Positions 9,437 to 19,083 are shown, numbered from the stretch's first letter. The stretch: DNA of 64,000 bases from Patescibacteria group bacterium (GCA_041649155.1 JBAZNP010000001.1:67581-131580), one strand, 5' to 3'. Notes: generated by a model not told the origin, from the sequence alone. Numbers and translations are program-made.

Positions 9437-10123
9437 ATGGGGGTTCAAATGAAGTTAAGGTTAGAAGAAAAGAGAGAGGCCATTAAATTACGTCGAGATG
9501 GCTACTCTTACAATGAAATTCGTCAGATTATTCCTGATTTATCTAAGGGAACCCTGTCTGGGTGGCTAAAGAATATCGAATTAAATTCTGTTCAAAAAGC
9601 AAGAATTATATCAAAAATAAATTCAGGAGCCGCAAAAGGTCGCATCAAAGGCGCTTGGACAAATAAAAACAAGGCCATTGATAGAATAAAAAGAATTAAA
9701 TTGGCTGCAGCAAAAGAATTTGATGGACACGCCCTAAACCCAATCTTTAGTATCTTTTTAAGTCTTTATTGGGCTGAAGGAGCAAAAAAATCACGCTGTT
9801 TTCAGTTTGTTAATTCTGACCCTGAGATGGTAAAAATAGTTTTGAAATGTTTAAGAACACTGTTTAATATACCTGAAGAAGAAATTAAAATAAGAATTTT
9901 CATTCATGAAGTATATTCAAATGAGAATTGTGAAGAATTTTGGTCAAAAATAACCAATATTCCAATCAGCTCCTTTAAGAAAACTGTTTACAAGCCGACA
10001 ATACATAACATTAAAAAAAATATTGATTACAAGGGATGCTGTCGGTTGGAATTAAAGGGAAGTGAATTTTACTGGAAAGTTCAAAAGTGGATTGATATGA
10101 TGATTTTGAAATGTAATAATTAG
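9437..10123 (+). CDS. hypothetical protein with an N-terminal HTH and a possible LAGLIDADG-like motif (FLSLYWAEG), embedded in a tRNA cluster
   Basis: 228-aa ORF. The N-terminus …RRDGYSYNEIRQII…GTLSGWLK resembles an HTH. The stop codon overlaps the first base of the downstream tRNA-Arg. Confidence 0.45.
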   Translation: MGVQMKLRLEEKREAIKLRRDGYSYNEIRQIIPDLSKGTLSGWLKNIELNSVQKARIISKINSGAAKGRIKGAWTNKNKAIDRIKRIKLAAAKEFDGHALNPIFSIFLSLYWAEGAKKSRCFQFVNSDPEMVKIVLKCLRTLFNIPEEEIKIRIFIHEVYSNENCEEFWSKITNIPISSFKKTVYKPTIHNIKKNIDYKGCCRLELKGSEFYWKVQKWIDMMILKCNN

Positions 10124-10201
10124 CCCCCGTAGCTCAATTGGATAGAGCGCTTGTCTTCGGAACAAGAGGTTTTACAGGTTCAAATCCTGTCGGGGGTACC
10201 A
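10123..10201 (+). tRNA. tRNA-Arg (anticodon TCG). It has an unusually long (79-nt) class I fold with a 7-nt variable region.
   Basis: Acceptor GCCCCCG/CGGGGGU, anticodon stem CUUGU/ACAAG, loop CUUCGGA, T-loop TTCAAAT, CCA encoded. Confidence 0.7.
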
Positions 10202-10214
10202 AATAATATTATAT

Positions 10215-10290
<76 letters not shown>

Positions 10291-10748
10291 AGTGAGCCGC
10301 TAATGTTTTCAAAGCTCGATATTTGGCTGTAGAACTGACTAATTTGTGGGTTGGAATAGCCATTTTCGCCCCATATGAGTCCAGAGGGGAATATCGAACA
10401 CAAGAGCGTGCGCTTCTCTTGTAACTCGGAATCTTTGTATGTTTGCAAAAGATTGCCGAGCTTATTTTTTATAAAGACGGTTATATCCGCCAAATTATAT
10501 ATGAGGTAGACCAGAAACTCTTTCGCAATTTGTTCAAAGCGAAGTTAAAAATTGAGTATTTCGTTCAAAGTTGGTGATTGTGTCGGCGATAAATGCACAA
10601 TATTCCATTTCTCCCCGCCATTGCTTTCTAGTTTAGGTCTATCATAAAAAGTCATACTATGCAAAGCGCAGCATTAATAGTATTGAATGGTTCCTCAGAT
10701 CTTTATTTTTTTAGTACTGAAAGCCAAGATTAAATAGAACGCAAACAA

Positions 10749-11171
10749 TTAGTCCGTTTTTTTCTCTTCTCTAGCGGAATGTTTGCCTTCTACCAGTTCA
10801 GTTACCCTTTTAACAAGCTGATCAGGCATAATCTCGATTTTTAGAATGTAATCATCGGCTTTATTAGAGAGCTTTTCTTCTTCTCCTTTGAAAAAGTTTA
10901 GGGCAGTAAGAACCACAACCTTAATGTCTTTAGTTTTTGGATCGCTTTTTATAATTTTGAGAAATTCATCACCTTGCATCTTTGGCAACATAATATCCAA
11001 GAGCATTGCATCGGGTTTGTATTTATCGTCTTTTAATATCTCAATTGCTTTTTCAGCTGAGAAAGCAACTTCAACCTGCCACCTATCTAATTCAAAGCGC
11101 ATTTTGTATAGTTCGCAGCACCCTCTGCTGTCATCCACTATGAGTAATTTGTAGGACATTTTATCCTCCAT
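10749..11171 (-). CDS. Stand-alone response-regulator receiver (CheY-like REC) protein
   Basis: LLIVDD…D…LDIMLP…K motif set; 140 aa with no output domain. It lies downstream of the sensor kinase. Confidence 0.8.
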   Translation of the reverse strand: MEDKMSYKLLIVDDSRGCCELYKMRFELDRWQVEVAFSAEKAIEILKDDKYKPDAMLLDIMLPKMQGDEFLKIIKSDPKTKDIKVVVLTALNFFKGEEEKLSNKADDYILKIEIMPDQLVKRVTELVEGKHSAREEKKTD

Positions 11172-11205
11172 GCGGAGTTTGTATTAAGTTTTTCTTAAAA
11201 TTAAT

Positions 11206-12864
11206 TTAAAGAACTCTTAAGTTAGTTCCATCAGAATGAATCTTCACTGTCTGCTTAATCTCTTTATACTCTAGTGGCAAAGAAAAGTAAAAAGTGGATC
11301 CCTTTCCTTTTTCTGACTCGAGCCAGATTTTGCCGCCATGAAGCTCAATAATGTTTTCAGATATATATAGACCCAAACCAGAGCCTTGCTGTTCCTGGGG
11401 GTTTTCCGGATCAAAACGACCTACTTGATAGAATTTTTCAAAAAGATGTTTTTGATCATCTTTATCAATACCGACACCGGTATCAGCCACAGAAATGATT
11501 ACGTTATCGTCTTTGACCTTTGACGTAACTGCAATTTTACCGTTTTCTGTGAATTTATTGGCATTACTGATTAAATTTGATATTACTTCACCAATTTTGC
11601 TTTGATCAAAGGTTAATTTGGGAAGATCTTTGCTTAATTTAATGTACGCAATCGAATTACTTTTTTCTTTAGTCTTAACTTCAAATCCTGAGACTATAGA
11701 AGCTATTAAAGCATCAAGATCAGACTCAGCTGCATTTACTTTTAATCTATGCTGATCAATTCTTGATACATTTAAAATATCTTTAGACAATCCTGCCAAG
11801 CGCATGGTATCAGTTAGAATTGGTTTAAAGAAATTTTTTTGCTCTTCATCCAGATGACACAGATTCTCTTCGACCGCCATGTTCAATTTACCTTGAATTA
11901 CCGTGATTGGAGTATTGAGCTCGTGGGTAGCCATTTGCAAAAACTCATCTTTCATGCGATCAAGATCGACAAGATCTTTCTTGTCTTTTTCGAGCTGGTG
12001 CGTTAAATTTTGCAATTGTTTGTTCTGAATAATTTCTTTTTTGACCGAAGTGATAATTAGATAACCGCCGTAAATAACAACCACTAATATAGAACCGTTT
12101 ACCAATCCTTTATTAATATCTTCGGACATCAGCGTTTGAACCAAAAGCGCCAGAGCAACTATCGTAACAGCAAGTTCAGTTAAAATAACTTTAATTTGTA
12201 AAAACCCGCGCTCAATAATTGCATAAGAGGCAAAAGCTAAAAAAATGACAACACTGTAAATTCCCCACCGATAAATATTTTCGTAGCTAGTAATCATTGG
12301 CATAACAAGGCTGAAAAATAAAGCCAAAACAGCGAACGCTGATGCTCCCAGCAAAACATAATAAATCTGGTCTCTTGTTATGCCTTTGTTTGTCTTAAAC
12401 TTAACTATAAGAGCCACGATGCTTATTGCAACATAGATTAATAAAAAGATTGAGTAAGGAATATAGAAAGGTCCGGAAGACACTTTGAATCCAACACTTA
12501 CACTTGGAATAGCTACCGCTACTTTGCCAGCTACTGAGAGAATAAAGAAAATTACCGGAAGCACTAGTGCTATGTGCCACCATCGATTTATGCTGTCGGT
12601 CTTGTTAGGAAAAGAAATGCAAAACATCATAAAAAAATAAACCAGCAATGATGCTGCAGCAAAGCCTAAATTCACATAGGGCTGGACAGTATTAATGGAA
12701 GAATATTTGGCAACCAAGCTAGAAAATATCCATATTGAAGTGAATAAATTGAATGCAAAAAACAATTTATTGCTGATATTCTTATATCCGCTAATTAGAA
12801 CTAAAAAACCCAGTGATAGACTGATGATCGCAACTAATATAGTAATTATTGAGTCAAAATCCAT
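11206..12864 (-). CDS. Sensor histidine kinase with a multi-TM N-terminal sensor domain
   Basis: About 8 TM helices, then HisKA (MATHELNTP) and HATPase_c (N-box, DTGVGI, GSGLGL) motifs. Confidence 0.85.
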   Translation of the reverse strand: MDFDSIITILVAIISLSLGFLVLISGYKNISNKLFFAFNLFTSIWIFSSLVAKYSSINTVQPYVNLGFAAASLLVYFFMMFCISFPNKTDSINRWWHIALVLPVIFFILSVAGKVAVAIPSVSVGFKVSSGPFYIPYSIFLLIYVAISIVALIVKFKTNKGITRDQIYYVLLGASAFAVLALFFSLVMPMITSYENIYRWGIYSVVIFLAFASYAIIERGFLQIKVILTELAVTIVALALLVQTLMSEDINKGLVNGSILVVVIYGGYLIITSVKKEIIQNKQLQNLTHQLEKDKKDLVDLDRMKDEFLQMATHELNTPITVIQGKLNMAVEENLCHLDEEQKNFFKPILTDTMRLAGLSKDILNVSRIDQHRLKVNAAESDLDALIASIVSGFEVKTKEKSNSIAYIKLSKDLPKLTFDQSKIGEVISNLISNANKFTENGKIAVTSKVKDDNVIISVADTGVGIDKDDQKHLFEKFYQVGRFDPENPQEQQGSGLGLYISENIIELHGGKIWLESEKGKGSTFYFSLPLEYKEIKQTVKIHSDGTNLRVL

Positions 12865-12958
12865 TGAAAAATCTAGGTATTAATCATTAATTCATTATTT
12901 ATTATACAATACCCAAATCAGTGTTTACAATTTTAACAAAAAAATCGGGCCAACCGCG

Positions 12959-13651
12959 TTAAGCAGTCGGCCCTTGATTTGCTAGTGCTAAGCTAGCGCC
13001 CCAAGTGGGGTTGAGTTGTTCGATCAATACACTGAAGCCACAGGATCCAGGATCTCCGCCTCCTTCCACATAATTCCGGAAGATAACCGAAGGTTCAATA
13101 ACTTTGAAGCCGTAGTTTCCCAAAACTCTGAGTTCAGGGTCAAGCGGCCTTCCATTGCGCTGACTATTTACATATTTTTCGGGACTCATCTTGTCCTGAA
13201 AACGATGATAGCCAGGCATTCGGGTTATAAACCTGCATCCGCGCTTCCTCTCTGCTACTGCGTAGCCGAATAGGTAGCTGATCAGGCACTCGGTCATGCC
13301 GGCTCGACAACCTTTAGATGTTACTGCGAGGCCAACTCCATGAAGCCATTCACCGTATGGGTTATGAGTCCTTGTGATGTGGCCAGAATCAGTCGCTTCG
13401 TTCCATGTGGGGCAGAGTATGAGATTGTCATTTGCAAGTTGCACGGAAACATAGCCTTCAATGTTGCCATCGATCTCACCAACAACAATTCCGCATTCAG
13501 GGAATGTTGTGATGCGATCAATAAACATCTGCTCATTTCCTTGCCAAATGCTCTTCCATGCTTGGTCACAAACTCGAATGACATCATCAACATCGGTCAC
13601 CACTGCGGGTCTTACTTTCATGTTCATTTTACACCTCTGTCTCCACCGCAT
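12959..13651 (-). CDS. GNAT-like N-acetyltransferase (weak), GC-elevated and divergent from the peptide/rSAM pair
   Basis: …HGVGLAVTSKGCRAGMTECL… resembles the GNAT motif A (R/Q-x-x-G-x-G/A). GC is clearly higher than in the flanking genes. Confidence 0.4.
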   Translation of the reverse strand: MRWRQRCKMNMKVRPAVVTDVDDVIRVCDQAWKSIWQGNEQMFIDRITTFPECGIVVGEIDGNIEGYVSVQLANDNLILCPTWNEATDSGHITRTHNPYGEWLHGVGLAVTSKGCRAGMTECLISYLFGYAVAERKRGCRFITRMPGYHRFQDKMSPEKYVNSQRNGRPLDPELRVLGNYGFKVIEPSVIFRNYVEGGGDPGSCGFSVLIEQLNPTWGASLALANQGPTA

Positions 13652-13838
13652 TGGTGGGATGTCGTTCTTAGTATCTCAAGTTGCCTAATTATGGAGGCAG
13701 CCCGAGTTACCTGGACATTACTTTGTCCAAGCTTTTCTGCTGCCATAGGCAACTCCTTTCAGTTTTCAATGTACTCTAAGCTCATTATACTATATACAAT
13801 AGCGAAGATGTGTTGTATTCTACCACAATTACTCTTAT

Positions 13839-13882
13839 TTGTCAATCGTAGTGTTGACAAAATCGTCATTTAGTGATATTAG
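13839..13882 (+). promoter_or_regulatory. Sigma70-like promoter (TTGACA, 17 bp, TGaTATTAG) overlapped by a perfect inverted repeat TTGTCAA-N8-TTGACAA. This is a candidate operator.
   Basis: Read directly. The -35 box sits inside the right arm of the palindrome, about 50 nt upstream of the peptide ORF. Confidence 0.4.
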
Positions 13883-13932
13883 TATTATAGAATTGCTGGT
13901 TGCAATTCAAAAACTGCAGTAGGAGATCTTCT

Positions 13933-14028
13933 ATGAAAAGAAAGTTCCGCATCCTTAATCGTGGTAACGCCTCAGTTGTCGTTCTGACGAAGGAATCCCA
14001 AGGCGTCATGTATTACCGGGGCCAGTAG
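13933..14028 (+). CDS. Candidate RiPP precursor peptide (31 aa, MKRKFRILNRGNASVVVLTKESQGVMYYRGQ), not in the ORF track
   Basis: ATG 6 nt after an AGGAGA RBS. It lies directly upstream of, and co-oriented with, the RRE-rSAM gene, with a terminator-like hairpin between them. Confidence 0.5.
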   Translation: MKRKFRILNRGNASVVVLTKESQGVMYYRGQ

Positions 14029-14055
14029 TCCCATGGGCGTAAGCCCAGCCAACCT

Positions 14056-14092
14056 GGCGAGGCTGATTCCGATCACGCCTCGCCATTTTTTT
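14056..14092 (+). terminator. Intrinsic terminator/attenuator hairpin (ggcgaggc…gcctcgcc followed by 7 T) between the peptide ORF and the rSAM gene
   Basis: 8-bp GC stem with a T-tract. This precursor-then-leaky-terminator layout is typical of RiPP operons. Confidence 0.55.
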
Positions 14093-14111
14093 CAGAAAGG
14101 GAGCTATTTAG

Positions 14112-15542
14112 ATGAACGTGAGCCTGTCTGAAAAGCCATCGATCGATTATCGAGGCGATTTAGCAGTGGTGATATTCCCTTCTAAACCTTACTGGTTCTC
14201 TGCAACAAAAGAAATTGCAGATATCCTCGAAGCCTTTGAATTAGAGGAGGAAGGTAAAATCACCAGCAGTATCGCAGACAGTTTACAGGTCTCTGTAGAA
14301 GAAGCAAGAGAAATCTATGCAGAGACTACGGATCTGCTTTATTCGTCCGGTGTATTATCTATAGATGGAAGGTACGCCAAGACAACAGAGTTTGCGCCAA
14401 ACTTCCAAGTCAATGATGTCGAAAACGTGCTTGTCATCGCTACTACTCAGAAATGCAATATGGAGTGTGAGATGTGCTATGCACACGCAAGAAAACCACT
14501 TCCCAATGAGATGGCAACGGGAGAAATCAAGACTATTATCGATCAACTCTCCGAAATGCCTTGGCAAAACGGTATTTCTCGCGTTGCTTTGACTGGTGGA
14601 GAGTTGTTTACCCGTCCAGATGCTATCGATCTGATTGGTTATGTCCACGAGCATGGATTCTTTGCTCAAGTGAATACCAATGCGACTTTACTTGATGACA
14701 GTCAAATCAAAAGGCTTGCCGAGTTTCCGCGACTTAAAATGTCGATTTCGCTAGATGGCTGCAGGCCCGAGACACATGACTTCATCAGAGGCGCAGGGGC
14801 ATTCGATACAACCGTCCGGAACATTCGCCTGCTATGTGAAAATGGCGTGTCGGTAGCGATCAACATGTTTGTTCATCGGGACAACATTGGAGAGATCAAG
14901 GAAACACTTCTTCTGGCTGATTCATTGGGAGTCGAAGGGTTTAATTGCCTGAATATGATGAACGTTGGGCGAGGAAATAGCAAAAAGGCAAAACGACTCC
15001 TAGTCGCAGTTCCAGTAGCAGAATTCTATCGCAAGGTTTTTGACGCCGTCCGCGAAGATCATCGGTTGCAAAAGCTGATGATGAATTCCACTTTTGCCAA
15101 TCAACTCATGGGAATTGCCGGAGGAGTTAAGAGCTTCGGTTGTGGAATAGGCACTAACCGAGCTGTCTACGTGAAAGCCGATGGCTCTATCTATCCCTGT
15201 GCCGATACTGCTTTACCGGCATTTCGCCTAGGAAACCTACGCACTGACAGTATGTCTGAAATTTGGGAGAATTCGCCGATCTTAGAGAAGCTTCGCTCTC
15301 TTAATATCGACACCATGAATCCAAAATGTTCGGCATGCGATGTTCGGTATCTCTGTGCGGGCAACTGTCGCGGAGAGAATTATCAGACAACCAAGAATAT
15401 AAAAAGTCCCCATTTCAAGTGTGACGAGATACATACCTCCATCCTCGAGTTGATGTGGATCCTTACCGAAGAGCCCGATCTCTTCAAGTGTAAAGTTGAC
15501 AACCTTTATGCAACAGTGAACTCACATGCTTCAACAGCATAA
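14112..15542 (+). CDS. Radical SAM/SPASM-domain peptide-modifying enzyme with an N-terminal PqqD-like RRE domain
   Basis: CNMECEMC (CxxxCxxC) at about residue 115. A C-terminal Cys-rich SPASM region (CGIG…YPC…CSACDVRYLCAGNC…KC). The first ~95 aa resemble the PqqD/RRE fold pattern. RBS AAAGGGAG. Confidence 0.8.
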   Translation: MNVSLSEKPSIDYRGDLAVVIFPSKPYWFSATKEIADILEAFELEEEGKITSSIADSLQVSVEEAREIYAETTDLLYSSGVLSIDGRYAKTTEFAPNFQVNDVENVLVIATTQKCNMECEMCYAHARKPLPNEMATGEIKTIIDQLSEMPWQNGISRVALTGGELFTRPDAIDLIGYVHEHGFFAQVNTNATLLDDSQIKRLAEFPRLKMSISLDGCRPETHDFIRGAGAFDTTVRNIRLLCENGVSVAINMFVHRDNIGEIKETLLLADSLGVEGFNCLNMMNVGRGNSKKAKRLLVAVPVAEFYRKVFDAVREDHRLQKLMMNSTFANQLMGIAGGVKSFGCGIGTNRAVYVKADGSIYPCADTALPAFRLGNLRTDSMSEIWENSPILEKLRSLNIDTMNPKCSACDVRYLCAGNCRGENYQTTKNIKSPHFKCDEIHTSILELMWILTEEPDLFKCKVDNLYATVNSHASTA

Positions 15543-15585
15543 AAACAAGAGAGATATATTACAACAATCGCTTAGGTCAAATGGT

Positions 15586-16281
15586 CTAAGCGATTTTCTT
15601 TACTATTAAGATTAACCTAGGACTATATATCGAGTATTCCCTAAAATCATAATCCCCAATAACCTTTTGAATAGAAAACTTTGATTTTTCCATCCATTGT
15701 TCCCAAATCGGCAAAGGCGGATATGGGATATCTAATTTTTTCTTGTCGTCTATAAGTTTGAATTCAGTGGCATCAAACTTATAATTAGAATCAGGGTTCT
15801 TTAGAAGATAGGAAATAATTCTAAAGATATTATCGGTATCAAAAAGAACCATGCCGCCAATTTCGATATTATTACTAATCGAGTTTATTGCCGTAGGAAT
15901 ATCAATATTCGCTAAATCTGAAAAAAACCAATAGGCTTTGTTGTACTTCTTGGACAATTTTAGGCTCATAATATCAGAAATAAAATATTCTGATTTCTCT
16001 CCTTTTAATCCAACGGCGGATTCTTTGGCTTTTTTGATTAGGTGCTCAGAAAAATCTGTACCATCGACATGATAGCCCCTCTGGGCAAGATAGTTAGTGT
16101 GTCTGCCCTGTCCACAAGCGATGTCTAAAATCTTGTCATCTTGCTTTAAGCTTAAAGCTTTAACTAAAAAGTCAGTGTCTTTTTCAAGATTTGCAGAATC
16201 TAAAAAAAGACGATGATCAGTTAAATACTCACCTGAAGATCCATAATATTTTTTTAGATAATTGTTTGTCATAATGCCCAA
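15586..16281 (-). CDS. Class I SAM-dependent methyltransferase
   Basis: Motif I LDIACGQGR, plus acidic motifs II and III. Confidence 0.75.
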   Translation of the reverse strand: MGIMTNNYLKKYYGSSGEYLTDHRLFLDSANLEKDTDFLVKALSLKQDDKILDIACGQGRHTNYLAQRGYHVDGTDFSEHLIKKAKESAVGLKGEKSEYFISDIMSLKLSKKYNKAYWFFSDLANIDIPTAINSISNNIEIGGMVLFDTDNIFRIISYLLKNPDSNYKFDATEFKLIDDKKKLDIPYPPLPIWEQWMEKSKFSIQKVIGDYDFREYSIYSPRLILIVKKIA

Positions 16282-16286
16282 TTATT

Positions 16287-17186
16287 TTATCTTCTAGTAC
16301 TATGTTTGTCAAGAATTCGTAGGAACTCCTGAAGCCATGTTTTAGTCCAAGCAGTATTAGGAGTATCAGTAAGTAATTCAGGTAAAATCTGCGAAATTGT
16401 TTGGAGAAGAAAATTGTACTCAATAGCGATTTCGTCGACTGAATCCTGATTTGGGAGTTGGAACTCTGAATTTCCAGCCGTTAATCTCTCTGTGTTCAAC
16501 AAAGTTGATAAGTCATAATGATTATTGTTCACCTGGCAGTTTTCCCAGTCTAATATGTATAATTTCTGATTTGCTCTTATAGCGTTACCGTGCCAAAAGT
16601 CTCCGTGAGTCAGTACCTGTGGTAAATTGTTTAAATATTCGAGCATAATCGAGAATGCTTCTTCGTTGTTTTTAATTAATGTAGTTAACTCCCTGTATGC
16701 TAAATTTTCTTCAAGACTAGTACAAATCTGATTTAGATAAGCAAGAAATTGTGCTTCATTATCATATTCGCCTGCCATAATTTGACTATATGAATCAGGT
16801 ATCTCAATTTTTTGAATTGCCGGCAAAACATCCAGCATGCCATGGGGATCAACTGTCCCATCTGATTCAAGATATTGGAATATTTCAAATCCCTCTATTT
16901 CTCCAATTAGGTCTGGAATACTATCAGATAAGTCATTTGAGAAATGATGGTAGAACAATAACTCTCTATCCTGACCATTTACTAATAAAGGAGAGCTATT
17001 CCGCGGTTTCTTGCATATATATTGTTGCAAACGTCCTTCCTTATCGTCACCAGCAATTAACAGAATATTTTGTTGGAGACGAGAAATTCTAGCTTGTTGA
17101 ATATTCAATTTTTCAGCTATTACATCGGTTATGTTTGGCTCTTCCTCTTCTTGCATAATTCCGTTATTTTCTATCTCTGCCATCAT
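16287..17186 (-). CDS. Aminoglycoside/choline-kinase-like phosphotransferase (APH family)
   Basis: HGDFWHGN catalytic loop and a DWE metal-binding motif. Confidence 0.7.
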   Translation of the reverse strand: MMAEIENNGIMQEEEEPNITDVIAEKLNIQQARISRLQQNILLIAGDDKEGRLQQYICKKPRNSSPLLVNGQDRELLFYHHFSNDLSDSIPDLIGEIEGFEIFQYLESDGTVDPHGMLDVLPAIQKIEIPDSYSQIMAGEYDNEAQFLAYLNQICTSLEENLAYRELTTLIKNNEEAFSIMLEYLNNLPQVLTHGDFWHGNAIRANQKLYILDWENCQVNNNHYDLSTLLNTERLTAGNSEFQLPNQDSVDEIAIEYNFLLQTISQILPELLTDTPNTAWTKTWLQEFLRILDKHSTRR

Positions 17187-17509
17187 AAATTCCTGTTTAG
17201 TTGTTTAGTATTGCAAAAAAACACTATATAAATATATTAGCATTTTTTAAAAATAGTAGCATTAATTTGCAGTGGTTTGGCACATCAAGCACGTTTCGTT
17301 TATAGTGCTTTCTTAAGATTTTCTTAATGTTGTTTTGCTATGCTTGATAATAGATGTTTTTAAAAAATATTCTCTAATCAATTTTATATATCAAGCTCTA
17401 GACCAAACAAAACCCAAACTTGTCCACAAAATTCAAACTTGAGCAAAAGCAAATTTGAGAGCAGTATTTAAGGGATTTTCAAGACAATAAAAAAACAATA
17501 CCAACTATT

Positions 17510-17728
17510 TTGACAACATCGCAAAAACTTTCAACAGGTGTTGACGCGCGAAATATTCGTAATATCGTCCTGATGCGCCCTGTTAATTCAATGATTGAAT
17601 TCAAACAAATCGTGGGGCGAGGAACACGATTTTTTGACGGCAAAGAATACTTTACAATTATCGATTGGATGCCTATCATCATTTTTCTGATCCAGCATGG
17701 AGTGGGGTACCAGGTAAAAATTGAATAA
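17510..17728 (+). pseudogene. Fragment of an SF2-helicase C-terminal domain (Type I HsdR / Type III Res-like), with no N-terminal part
   Basis: Motif V (LSTGVDARNIRNIVLMRP) and motif VI (QIVGRGTR) followed by the …YFTIIDW box typical of HsdR. The frame is opened by a TGA at 17456. Only about 72 codons remain. Confidence 0.55.
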
Positions 17729-17885
17729 TTTTGTAATAAAAACGGCTAGAAACCGTTTTTTTTGAAATCTAGCTAAATCCAAACGATATAGCTTGCTATC
17801 ATTACGTCTAGATACTCTCGAATTTATCGTCTGGTTGGTGGTATATTAATATTAGCAATTAAAAAATAATTCAACGAGGAAAATC

Positions 17886-19028
17886 ATGGATTATGATAAA
17901 AAATCACTGAAAGCGCATCGACAAAAAAATGTACTGAAAGTAAAACCTAATGTTAAATTAATAAATAAAAACGACCTGTCTGTTTACTACACACCTGGAA
18001 TTGCAGCAGTGTCCCGAAAGATTGCCGAGAAAAATAATCGGGTATTTGATTATACAATGAAGCGAAATTCTGTTGCAATAATAACTGATGGATCAGCAGT
18101 ATTAGGCTTGGGCAATATCGGACCAGAAGCAGCTTTGCCGGTGATGGAGGGTAAAGCATTATTATTCAGTAAATTTGCCAACATTGACGCTTTTCCGATT
18201 TGTTTAAATACCCAAAATGTTGATGAGATTGTCCGGACTGTGGAAATTATTGCACCAACTTTCGGCGGAATTAATCTTGAAGATATTTCAGCACCCAGAT
18301 GCTTCGAAATTGAGGAACGCTTGCAAAATCTTGACATTCCAGTAATGCATGACGACCAGCATGGTACGGCAATCGTGGTTTTAGCTGGTTTAATTAACTC
18401 GCTAAAAGTTATCAACAAAAAGATTGATGAAGTTAAAATTATTATTTCAGGCGTAGGCGCAGCCGGTACAGCAATTGCCAGATTGATTTATTCTTATTCA
18501 AAAGAAAAAGCTCTGATAATTACAGTTGACAGCAAAGGAGCAATTTGCAATCTTCGCAGCGATTTAAATAAAGAAAAAACAAAACTTCTGCGATTAATCG
18601 GAAATCAAGAATGCGGCTCTCTAGAGGATGTTATTAAAGGCGCCAATGTTTTTATTGGCGTATCAGCACCAAATATTCTTTCAAAAAAAATGGTGGAATC
18701 AATGGCAAAAGATCCGATTATTTTTGCAATGGCAAATCCAATTCCCGAGATTAATCCAAAATTAGCCAAAGAAGCGGGGGCCGCGATTATTGCTACTGGT
18801 CGATCTGACAATCCAAATCAAATCAACAATGTGTTAGCTTTTCCAGGCATTTTTCGAGGTGCTTTGGATGGGCATGCTAAGACAATCTCGGAGAATATGA
18901 AATTTTCAGCCTCTTTAGCTCTGGCTAATTTAGTTTCAAAACCGACTCCCGAAATGATTATTCCCGATGCATTAGACGCTAGTGTTGTATCAGCAGTGGC
19001 AGAAGCTGTTAAATCAGAAATTATTTGA
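17886..19028 (+). CDS. NAD(P)-dependent malic enzyme (short form)
   Basis: …YTPGIA…IITDGSAVLGLGNIGP…MHDDQHGTA…GAGAAG… are malic-enzyme signatures. Confidence 0.85.
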   Translation: MDYDKKSLKAHRQKNVLKVKPNVKLINKNDLSVYYTPGIAAVSRKIAEKNNRVFDYTMKRNSVAIITDGSAVLGLGNIGPEAALPVMEGKALLFSKFANIDAFPICLNTQNVDEIVRTVEIIAPTFGGINLEDISAPRCFEIEERLQNLDIPVMHDDQHGTAIVVLAGLINSLKVINKKIDEVKIIISGVGAAGTAIARLIYSYSKEKALIITVDSKGAICNLRSDLNKEKTKLLRLIGNQECGSLEDVIKGANVFIGVSAPNILSKKMVESMAKDPIIFAMANPIPEINPKLAKEAGAAIIATGRSDNPNQINNVLAFPGIFRGALDGHAKTISENMKFSASLALANLVSKPTPEMIIPDALDASVVSAVAEAVKSEII

Positions 19029-19083
19029 TAGAATCTCCTGTCTGATTGCTAACGCTTAGATATTAACAATACGTTTAATTTTA

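Noticed and set aside
10291-10748. A 450-nt non-coding gap after the tRNA cluster was examined for tmRNA, RNase P RNA, SRP RNA and 6S RNA, since smpB is present in the window.
   Set aside because: No tRNA-like acceptor/T-arm terminus, no GGUUCGA…CCA 3' module with an upstream tag-reading frame, and no conserved RNase P or SRP motifs were recognisable by eye. It is left unassigned.
15586-17186. The methyltransferase and APH-like kinase were considered as tailoring enzymes of the RiPP-like cluster.
   Set aside because: They are convergent to the rSAM gene and have host-like low GC, unlike the GC-elevated peptide/rSAM/GNAT islet. Linkage cannot be supported from sequence alone. They are mentioned only as a possibility.
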